This document shows positions 28,201-34,227 of a DNA stretch of 34,227 nt, in pieces. The notes below the pieces were generated by a model. It was not told where the DNA came from. It did no database searches and worked only from the letters and a program-made list of their open reading frames with translations. Source of the stretch: a virus (lineage: Duplodnaviria; Caudoviricetes); IMG/VR virus record IMGVR_UViG_3300030376_004326, positions 1 to 34,227 of that record; one strand, 5' to 3'. Every line of letters begins with the position of its first letter. Positions within the stretch are counted from its first letter, which is position 1. Made by a program: the position numbers and the translations under genes.

Positions 28201-31200
28201 TCCAAGCCGTCCAATATCATAGAGAATTATCAAACAGTTTTGTGGTTAGAATGATGGGCAGCTTGACTGATATGCTTGAGATGTCTGGATCACCTGCGGC
28301 TAATAAGATAGCGGCACAGCTTAAGAAGTTCGCAACATACATAGCTTCCTTTGCAGGTAGTGGTGCTAAGTCTGCTGTCAGGAACGGTAAAGTTTGGAGT
28401 AGGAAATTAACTGAAGCAAAGAACGCTGTCGCTAGAGCTGGCGTGATTAGGGATATGAATGGTTTTAAAAAGCAGTTCTATCACCAAGCTATGCAGTTCT
28501 TCCATCACAGAAGAGATATTCTAAATGATGCACCGAATAGGGATATAGGAGAAGATAGGTTAATTGACACTTGGTTAAATGAATTAAGAAAAATTAGAGA
28601 ATTAAAACCTGTTATTGATAAATCAGAAGCAGAGCTTAGAGCTTTCTATAAACAGACTGCAATTAATTCTAGGCAGATCGCTGGGATCTCTGATGACATG
28701 GGGGTAATGGTATATGAAAGTGAAGGTAATTATTTCCGTGGAAGAATTGGATCAAGCCTAACTACCACAATGAGGCAGACGAACTCTGTAGCCAAAAATG
28801 TTTACAATAGACTTAAAGGTGTATGGGGTAGAAAAGAATTTCAAAAAAGCGTTTCCCAAATAAAGGAAATGTCTGAGGAAGAATTTAACAATTACATACT
28901 ACAAATGTATGAGGGGGGTATAGGCACTATGGATAACTTCGTGTCAAAAATTGTTAAACGACCTGGAAAAAGTGTATTCAAAGATGAGGACGGAAACCCA
29001 CTGCCTCAAGGTTTAGTGAAAGAAGCTTTTGATTTTAGGAATAATTCTAATAACATGAAAGGTTTCCTTGATACTCTTACTATAGGTGCAAAGGTAAGTG
29101 CTGAAGATTCCAGAGAGTTCCAAGCTAATATCTTACACACACTACAAGGATTCTACGGTAAACTTAATAGTGTTATCTCTCAATCAGATGAAGCAAACGG
29201 TTTCCTAGGAGACAAGAGGGCTATTCCTATTCATGTGATGATGGATGCTCGTAAGTTCAATGACTTCCCTCTTGAGTGGGTTGATTATGCAGAGTTTACA
29301 GAAAGAAAGATGTATCAATACGTCAAGAACCTTGCTGCTGAATCCGCATTTGGTCGGGATATGGTTCAAGTTAATAACGATTTCGCACTTGCTAATAGCG
29401 AGATGGATGATGCTGCTAGTTTCCACGACCAAATAGAGGAAAAGATTGGGGAGATGGGGCTTGTTTCTAGGATTACTGGATGGGGTCGCAAGCAGTACAT
29501 TAAGAGGTATGATGAACTTGCTAAGGAACTTCAGGGTAAAGGTGCAAAATACACAGGTAAGTACTTAAGGAACGCAATCAATAATCAAAGGCAAATGAAG
29601 AAGATCGAAAGTTTCTTTAAAGCCTACATATCTAAAGAGCGTGATTCTGCAATGGAGTTCTCCGTGTTCAATGATTTGATTAGATCTATGACAGGTTTAA
29701 TCGTGCAGTCACCTGGAACAGCTTTGATTGATACCATTTCAATTGTAGAACAACCTTGGAAAAGAATGGGGCTAAATAGATTTGGGTTCCAGATGATGAA
29801 GAATAATATAACTAATTCCCTAGGCTTAGGGTTTGGTAGTTTCTTCCAGATGTTTAATAGAAGTATCAAGTTTGCCCATGATGACATGGCTAAGATGATG
29901 GACATTGGACTTGATGATGCAACAGCTTCCCTAGAGGGAGGTTTCTTTAGAAGATTACGCACTGAGTTCCAATCCAATATGGCTGATGATATGGTTAGTA
30001 AGGGTCTAATAGGTAAGGCTTTTGAAACTACATCCAGAGGTATTAGAGCTTTCTTGGAAACAGGAATAGGATCTGCCGAGGAAGGGAGAGGAGCATTCCC
30101 AGTATTCAGGCCACAAGCTATCTTCTCACAGATTGCCAAGCAGTCATCAATGGCTAACACAATCTCTACTTGGAAGATGTTCAGGAATTTTATCGTAAAT
30201 GCCGCTGAGTACATCGAGAACAATCCTGAAGCTATGGAAGTCTACAAGAAACACGGGATGATCTTTAACGAGAAAGCCCTTGGGCAAGCTGGGCTTAATA
30301 AGGCATTAGATGAAATGGGTTATGGTAAGTCGTTCTTGTTCTTTAATAACAGTAAGGCTTATCACCATATGTATAACACTTTGCTTGAGGCTGGATTCAA
30401 TGTTGAGCAAGTAGCACTCGACTACATCAATAGAAAGAAAACAGACATGAAGGCAGATCCACTAGCAGCCAGCTATTTGCCTACTGAGAATGCACTGTAT
30501 ATGGCGTTAGCACACACAACTGTATCTCAGGTAATGATGGAAACAGATGTAACGACTAGATCTCCTGTATTCCTGACTAACGGATTTGCTTACGCTTCCA
30601 TGCCTTTACTTGGATGGAGTGTTCAGAAGTTCGTTGATGTCAATAAGACAGTCGCAACTGACAGGAACTCGTACGGCTACCTACTAGGCAACGTAGAGGC
30701 ACTTAAAGCTTACTTGGCTGTCTTCCCTATAGGATTGATCTACGCTTACTTGAGGGACGAATATGACGAAGAGATCCTAGGTAAGAAGAGTAGCTTGCAA
30801 GCTGGTAAGGGATTAATCTTCAAAGGTGACGGAATGCCTAGCCTAGAGGAGATCCAGACTGACCCTTACAATGCCCTCCAGATAGCAATAGAAAGATTTG
30901 ATAGGGTAGGAACATTCGGATTTGGTGGTGAGATAATGAATACTACCTTGAATAATGAGTCTGGAAGAGAGCTAAGTATTGATAGCCGAGTGTATGCTTT
31001 GAATACGTTAGGCACTATTAAGAAGGTCATAACTAATATGGCGGCACAAAGGAGTGCAAACTACGCCACGGTTTACAGACCATTAGCCACATCTTTAGGT
31101 GGTGCAGGGTTCCTTCAGTACGCTCAGATCTTAAACAATGGGTTAGCTAAGGCAGGATCAGAGCCAATGTTTGAGCAGGAATACGCAATGGCTAGTCGAA

Positions 31201-31715
31201 TATCTACAAACAATTATCTCAGGGCAGCAGGTAGATATATGGATCTCGATGTTCGCACATTCTCTGGAGCTAAAGGGATTACATCAACTAGGATGCGACC
31301 TTGGGTATCTGAAATGCTCATGGCAGCAGTCGTGGATGACGAAATGTGGTTTGATAAAGCATGGCAAAGAGCAGTTTCGGAAGCTGAAGCAATGGGCAAA
31401 GAAGACCCAATAGACAGTGTGAAGCGTAGTTTCCAAGCATACCACCCATTAAGGTATGTATTCCAAACCATGCCTACAGCCGCAGAATACTACGAATTAC
31501 TGGATACAATGAATGCAGATGGCCAAGCGGCAGTCCAGCAGACGATCAGGAATATAAACGAATATGGAACGATTTTAGGGATTACCCCAAGTGAAGGAAA
31601 ACTAGATAAACCTAAAACTGCGACTTCATTTAGAAGCCAGATAACAAGAGACTTGGACCTTCCTTCATCAGAAGCAATTAAGCGTCAGGCTTTTAGCACC
31701 GCAATCGGCTTCTAA
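22242..31715 (+). CDS. Giant (3157 aa) internal virion/DNA-ejection polyvalent-type protein with zincin-like metallopeptidase motif
   Basis: Uninterrupted 9.5-kb ORF; G/A-rich hydrophobic N-terminal region, coiled coil, LLHEIGH at 26166-26186 with downstream EERLVE, long helical C-terminal half. Confidence 0.75.
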   Translation: MPNQIVDHYRNENPGSQLTDEEITLHYAEQYSDELPNLLQTYPDFAADYSAIYDRAFPLTAGDKAAQAGKSLIGGIAGTIGSIPESLGILQSETLGRLGIGERDFRETYMGQIAGGIRGAGDYVSPEVPVGKAERMADSFWLTKAPGALGSGVGFIGMGGPTGKLVQSFLRGGVEKKARDIAESTAKSTLGKTPINPWTQAGVQHMARDKGVEAAQKYAKEAAQRANTGTIAGLGAAANAAGGYRDALANGATPDQAVASYILNGIVGTSEAIPLARMLNRLDTASGGTLMYFLSNAAVETFEEAVQEAAQGAAGDIIAANIVQYDPDRELFKDLAEDAAAGGVSGAILSLFASAINRKVSRLDSSEKPMGTTGADVDDEGNIDPRVEELFTTTADVAREAYKDDPKTLEAIENLVRKTVDNLSSTPRNADELSLRAKEGDEIRSEYDKLVAGNPNADVVYRVALFKAMHRQSAEKGSVTLKANLADPFAPVAIEEKTIDQTVPGLAVEKPEKIVGREGGGAALSQLAKTLGVPFMEGEETEAPTAEEVVEEVPQEIEQTPDPSLDFRARARKTAVGKNVSPIGLRYAALQQREAEEQPTKERERPSAILPTAGGLKQVRQGKEVALSNLTKKAVAAEEKGEPTGEMLGKMLSLENDIAVLNKKINEIEESKKSTLSSAENNDANARNSILLGGQQVIEKANKSIETNEKKIGVIEKQVEQSPEDSNKLLNVKSNLGEVRRLQTQKETLRTKRIERKEKLVDEENQEKPKQKFIDGHKKALAEIDAKIKKIDDTILQIETKVKGFTAEEVESGEATLSTPQGAATKKVLDDYTAAASRKAEAELASRDADENNPLSIANIDVDVSNKDNVVKAGPAYYEFGELGQGETTTTEFSNQATFILEKYSEAGSEAEQDKIANRLATVLARGSFDKLTSSGTRRQIVFKAPDGKVWVLGLHRGGKGNSKWMVTPPLTDSNDPSYQGLEFSEILKSGFVPFAAIRFKLAAQKFNYQVGSVSEFKDLVNETKLQVVNTPAYLKQAGSLKAASKISIENLIDTLEVTRGAGGDVVDSAEDPEQFSKTISQELIENAPAKEVTDLSDAAYFTEESAGFIYDLIDAGMQEDSELTAEVAIAEAIDNIQEANEALWNQLKGLGVTSEELIKFSEKIEKRIKNGFKEYGQTRETFIEGVINDDAIQEIATSLQKQTIKNSRQEQRETDELVEGDQQSTNKNAPDRPANAYPRVPQAKLNRIFTFLIERMKSLGVQVEITEKEFANAESKSRAMFGVANGKPFIVLAMNAMESPTVENLYDLLHEIGHAATNDLLEGDRARVLKAISQLKDVTLRIPGRKYKYETDAEVAEETVQEERLVEALAEALINNEFDPTTANNIATKIVKFFKDLFLAVKQAYHRMIGNEGQVAMDYFRIQVEAMLTGNHAPKYISWISGYKYSVSERMSSMEMVDSDSLIDSVHSLNNKTVQYKEVVGDSPEAVEHNLLFTKVMFAPDRDMYDQVDLAVVRMEAQRIIATNNALKEILSDLHDSFRRTSGVYGKMSKENFIKEITNNKLPDERIKKALEISGDPSLADTQLQDLEVEEARPRAAEALDKLLRQVETNISSLRIEADTQLSFDVKASAVSRHKELQIKLNLLASNYESLREVQNRIVETVDEVVKGKAEKTDNMISKALSEMGETATDEEIQKARDAIVGRGKATDRALNIARAERITDAFERLATLVSNEASLGAIPWRNAKKIKEFIESLGDPLLEVFNDPAMLALAIAVARRQKALMSLVSLRRESDVDGWKVAFKTAIKTAIDGNIENALKGWRTYVDGDRTKSGAFTRITRKAEIALFEFTEALEKSRNVFQERITAERDLKIYDAVMPRLGEKLERIGSLFRRESIFPDWFRGAASSGKEWAAVDGALYVVPPSPDSTINELKNEDNQKTLNLRDIKEIGGIVQDIEKMNSWLQKQPESRRGGEYYMIKRMVDRMTEIQAVQYHRELSNSFVVRMMGSLTDMLEMSGSPAANKIAAQLKKFATYIASFAGSGAKSAVRNGKVWSRKLTEAKNAVARAGVIRDMNGFKKQFYHQAMQFFHHRRDILNDAPNRDIGEDRLIDTWLNELRKIRELKPVIDKSEAELRAFYKQTAINSRQIAGISDDMGVMVYESEGNYFRGRIGSSLTTTMRQTNSVAKNVYNRLKGVWGRKEFQKSVSQIKEMSEEEFNNYILQMYEGGIGTMDNFVSKIVKRPGKSVFKDEDGNPLPQGLVKEAFDFRNNSNNMKGFLDTLTIGAKVSAEDSREFQANILHTLQGFYGKLNSVISQSDEANGFLGDKRAIPIHVMMDARKFNDFPLEWVDYAEFTERKMYQYVKNLAAESAFGRDMVQVNNDFALANSEMDDAASFHDQIEEKIGEMGLVSRITGWGRKQYIKRYDELAKELQGKGAKYTGKYLRNAINNQRQMKKIESFFKAYISKERDSAMEFSVFNDLIRSMTGLIVQSPGTALIDTISIVEQPWKRMGLNRFGFQMMKNNITNSLGLGFGSFFQMFNRSIKFAHDDMAKMMDIGLDDATASLEGGFFRRLRTEFQSNMADDMVSKGLIGKAFETTSRGIRAFLETGIGSAEEGRGAFPVFRPQAIFSQIAKQSSMANTISTWKMFRNFIVNAAEYIENNPEAMEVYKKHGMIFNEKALGQAGLNKALDEMGYGKSFLFFNNSKAYHHMYNTLLEAGFNVEQVALDYINRKKTDMKADPLAASYLPTENALYMALAHTTVSQVMMETDVTTRSPVFLTNGFAYASMPLLGWSVQKFVDVNKTVATDRNSYGYLLGNVEALKAYLAVFPIGLIYAYLRDEYDEEILGKKSSLQAGKGLIFKGDGMPSLEEIQTDPYNALQIAIERFDRVGTFGFGGEIMNTTLNNESGRELSIDSRVYALNTLGTIKKVITNMAAQRSANYATVYRPLATSLGGAGFLQYAQILNNGLAKAGSEPMFEQEYAMASRISTNNYLRAAGRYMDLDVRTFSGAKGITSTRMRPWVSEMLMAAVVDDEMWFDKAWQRAVSEAEAMGKEDPIDSVKRSFQAYHPLRYVFQTMPTAAEYYELLDTMNADGQAAVQQTIRNINEYGTILGITPSEGKLDKPKTATSFRSQITRDLDLPSSEAIKRQAFSTAIGF

Positions 31716-31716
31716 C

Positions 31717-31745
31717 TTGAATTGTCACACTAAAAATAGTAATAA
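31717..31745 (+). promoter_or_regulatory. Conserved motif copy 5 (GTCACACTAAAAATAGT, 31724-31740)
   Basis: TTGAAT (31717-31722), 17-bp spacer, TAATAA (31740-31745); ATG at 31757. Confidence 0.75.
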
Positions 31746-31756
31746 CAATAACAGAT

Positions 31757-32059
31757 ATGATACTAAGTAACAGCACATCATTACCAAGAACGGTCAACGT
31801 AGCTTCCACCACATCGGCAGGGGCAACATTGGCAGCGGCACCTGGGGCAGGGAGAAGTATAATCCTTGTCGACTTAATAAATGGCGATGGATCTAACATG
31901 GCAACACTGAAAGAAACTGACGCAAGTGGAGATTTGATAGCTCAAGTTCCTGCTGGTGGTTCTATCAGCCTTAATGCACCTATAAAAGTCACTGCTAATA
32001 AAGCTATCCATGTGGCTACATCTACCAAATTTACAGCAACTTACTTGATAGAGTCTTAA
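31757..32059 (+). CDS. Small beta-rich virion protein
   Basis: 100 aa; LAAAPGAGRSIILVDLI...PIKVTANKAI jelly-roll-like pattern; TAATG overlap downstream. Confidence 0.7.
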   Translation: MILSNSTSLPRTVNVASTTSAGATLAAAPGAGRSIILVDLINGDGSNMATLKETDASGDLIAQVPAGGSISLNAPIKVTANKAIHVATSTKFTATYLIES

Positions 32060-32460
32060 TGGCTTTCACTCAAAAGTCTGCCACCCTAGTCCAAAGAGAT
32101 GAAGGTGAGCTGCCTGACATTCCATCAGAAGATTTAAAGGATTGGTGGGATGATACTAAAGCTGTCATTGATAGGGTAAGGGACAAGGTGGAAGACGTTA
32201 GTGCGTCAACAACCACCACCTCTACATCTACATCCACGTTAACAGCAAGTGAGATTAAAACTCTCTATGAATCAAATTCTAATACCAATGTGTTTAGCGA
32301 CTCTGAGAGAATTAAACTTAGCAGTCTGGAGAGTAGTATTTCATCTGGCAAAATGACTAAGGAAGAAATTGAAGAGGCTTTGGGGATTTTAGGTGAAGCA
32401 GTTGGAACATTAAACGAGCAACAAATTGAAAGTAAAATAATAGGTGGAGGATCATTTTAA
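32059..32460 (+). CDS. Hypothetical virion protein
   Basis: 133 aa; LTASEIKTLYESNSNTNVFSDSERIKL fibre-type repeat; ends IIGGGSF. Confidence 0.7.
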   Translation: MAFTQKSATLVQRDEGELPDIPSEDLKDWWDDTKAVIDRVRDKVEDVSASTTTTSTSTSTLTASEIKTLYESNSNTNVFSDSERIKLSSLESSISSGKMTKEEIEEALGILGEAVGTLNEQQIESKIIGGGSF

Positions 32461-33498
32461 ATGAGTAATGTATTAAAAATTAAATCAAGGCAGACAGGAG
32501 CCGCTGGCACTCCCGCTAGTTTAGCCAGAGCAGAGCTTGCGTACAACGAACAAGATAACACCCTTTATATAGGTCACGGCTCTGGAACAGATACATCTAG
32601 AGCAAAGAACGCTATTGGTGGGGTGGGTGCATTTACTGATCTTGCTTCTACTCAGACGTTAACTAATAAAAACCTGACCGCTTCTTCTAATACCTTCCCA
32701 AATCTTGAAGCCTTTACGGTTGGAGGTAACTTGAACATGGGTAGCAATAGAATAGCTAATCTCTCTGCCCCTACTCAGCCAAATGATGCCGCTCGAAAAG
32801 CTGATGTAGACGCTGCTGTTCAAGGATTAGATGTTAGAGAATCAGTGCGACTTGCTTCTACCTCTAACCATCCAAATGTTGGAAGCACCCAAAGTTCTGC
32901 CCCAAGTTTCGACGGAGTAACAGCGGCAGCGGGGAATCGAATTCTTCTTAAGAACCAAACTAATGGATCAGAGAATGGAATTTATGTAGTTACTTACTCA
33001 AACCCTAATTGGGTTATGGGTCGTGCAACAGACCTTAATTCTGATTCTGATTGCTCTGCGAATATGTTTGTCTTCGTGGAGGAGGGAAGCTCGTTATCAG
33101 ATACTGGGTGGGTATGCATAACAAACGAAAATGTTACGCTTTCTAATCTTGCATTCGCTCAATTTAGTGGCACTGGATCATTTACTGCGGGTGATGGCCT
33201 TGACTTAACTGGTACTTCTTTCTCTGTAGACCTTAAAGCTAATAGTGGTTTAGTAATAGATTCCGGTGAAATTAAAGTAGATCTAAGTGCATCTTCTATT
33301 TCTGGAACCCTGGATATTCCAGACGGGGGAACAGGTCATACAGATTTTACTGCTGGCGATCTGTTATACGGAAAAGGCACAGGAGAAAATAACTTCAGTA
33401 CTCTAGCAGCAGGAACAGGTATACTTAAAATGTCTAGCAGTACACCGTCTTGGACAACAGCCCCAACAGGATTAACAATAGATTGTGGAAACTTTTAG
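32461..33498 (+). CDS. Tail fibre protein
   Basis: N-terminal PASLARAELAYNEQDNTLYIG domain; DVRESVRLAS...RILLKNQTNGSENGIYVV...FVFVEEG domain; ends IDCGNF. Confidence 0.8.
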   Translation: MSNVLKIKSRQTGAAGTPASLARAELAYNEQDNTLYIGHGSGTDTSRAKNAIGGVGAFTDLASTQTLTNKNLTASSNTFPNLEAFTVGGNLNMGSNRIANLSAPTQPNDAARKADVDAAVQGLDVRESVRLASTSNHPNVGSTQSSAPSFDGVTAAAGNRILLKNQTNGSENGIYVVTYSNPNWVMGRATDLNSDSDCSANMFVFVEEGSSLSDTGWVCITNENVTLSNLAFAQFSGTGSFTAGDGLDLTGTSFSVDLKANSGLVIDSGEIKVDLSASSISGTLDIPDGGTGHTDFTAGDLLYGKGTGENNFSTLAAGTGILKMSSSTPSWTTAPTGLTIDCGNF

Positions 33499-33501
33499 TA
33501 A

Positions 33502-34227
33502 ATGGCTAACACAATTCAGATTAAGCGTAACACCAGCGGTGCCCCTAGTAGCTTAGACGCTGGCGAGTTAGCAGTTAATCTCACAGATAAAAAGCTATGG
33601 GTCGGCAATGCTGCTGGCAATGGTGTCCTACATTTAAACAATCATCTCCCCCTAGCTGGCGGCACACTTAGTGATGACCTAACCATACAACGTAGTTCAG
33701 GGAACTATATGCAAATCGGACATGACTCAGATACACATTATATTAGTACAGTCGGTTCAAATAGGGATTTACATATTAGTGCGTCTGGAACAGTTGATGC
33801 AGCGGATTTAAAAATAAGTTCGGATGGTGATGTAACGCTTAGTGGTGACCTACAAGTTGGCAACTCTGTTAGTGGTCAAACCAAATTAGTAACATTCAAT
33901 TCTGAAGGTGGGGCTGAAGTTGGTCTTCTAGTAAAGTCCAGAACTAACAGGGCTAAAATCAGAGTAGCAGACAACGACACAAGTACATACATAGTAGCTG
34001 AGAATTTAGTCAGAAGTTTTGGAGCATTCTCTACCGCTGCGTCAAACAACTTCAATATTTTAGCAAGTGGTTTTGCAGGGCTAGGTTTAACGACCCCATC
34101 ATACCGTCTTCATTTAAAGGATTCAGTTGATAACACCTTTGAATCTGGGCTTTGTATTGAACGATCTGCTGATACCGCAAAGACATGGATCAACACTAAA
34201 GGTGGAGCTACCAATTTTAACAACCAG
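33502..34227 (+). CDS. Tail fibre protein, 3'-truncated by the window end (absent from ORF track)
   Basis: ATG 33502 reads MANTIQIKRNTSGAPSSLDAGELAVNLTDKKLWVG...LPLAGGTLSDDLTI; N-terminus paralogous to the preceding gene; no in-frame stop noticed (first half translated by hand). Confidence 0.8.
   Translation, partial: MANTIQIKRNTSGAPSSLDAGELAVNLTDKKLWVGNAAGNGVLHLNNHLPLAGGTLSDDLTIQRSSGNYMQIGHDSDTHYISTVGSNRDLHISASGTVDAADLKISSDGDVTLSGDLQVGNSVSGQTKLVTFNSEGGAEVGLLVKSRTNRAKIRVADNDTSTYIVAENLVRSFGAFSTAASNNFNILASGFAGLGLTTPSYRLHLKDSVDNTFESGLCIERSADTAKTWINTKGGATNFNNQ

Larger units (their letters stand above)
1..34227 (+). mobile_element. Tailed phage (Caudoviricetes, podovirus-like) genome segment: packaging, head, tail and ejection modules
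   Basis: Terminase motifs, order terminase-portal-scaffold-capsid-tail-ejection proteins-fibres, dense one-strand coding with overlapping start/stop codons, no host housekeeping genes. Free phage versus prophage cannot be decided here. Confidence 0.95.

Noticed and set aside
29624-30223. 199-aa and other minus-strand ORFs (e.g. 23816-24310, 27323-27679)
   Set aside because: Shadow frames fully overlapping strong plus-strand genes, with S/L/F-biased composition typical of antisense translation.
22242-31715. Giant protein as an N4-like or crAss-like virion RNA polymerase
   Set aside because: Size and position fit, but I found no DxDxD two-barrel motif or RxxxKx7YG single-subunit motif by eye; a structure search would be needed to exclude it fully.
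1-34227. CRISPR array, tRNA/rRNA, diversity-generating retroelement, alternative genetic code
   Set aside because: No regularly spaced repeats, tRNA-like fold or reverse transcriptase motif seen; long ORFs are intact under the standard code and all three stop codons are used.

Overview
The window is a contiguous, all plus-strand segment of a tailed dsDNA phage (or prophage) genome with podovirus-like architecture. In order it carries small ORFs, an XRE-like HTH gene, an intact XerC/D-sized tyrosine recombinase, a probable small terminase with a Fis-type HTH, large terminase, a second HTH gene, portal, scaffold, a 643-aa major capsid protein, basic small proteins, adaptor, nozzle and fibre genes, three probable ejection proteins, a 3157-aa protein with a HExxH zincin motif, and further tail fibres (the last is truncated by the window end). 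No tape measure, sheath, replication or lysis genes are recognisable. The clearest unexplained signal is a conserved element, GT(G/C)ACACTAAA(A/T)(A/T)T(A/G)GT, which occupies five of the seven intergenic gaps longer than 20 nt (partial copies in a sixth), always in the same orientation just upstream of a module's first gene. It could be a late promoter/operator network read by the phage HTH proteins, or less likely a set of recombinase sites. The second signal is an exact 26-bp repeat (peptide TNPDLAPY) shared in frame by two adjacent, otherwise dissimilar ejection-protein genes. All product calls rest on motifs read by eye and on gene order; no database search was run.
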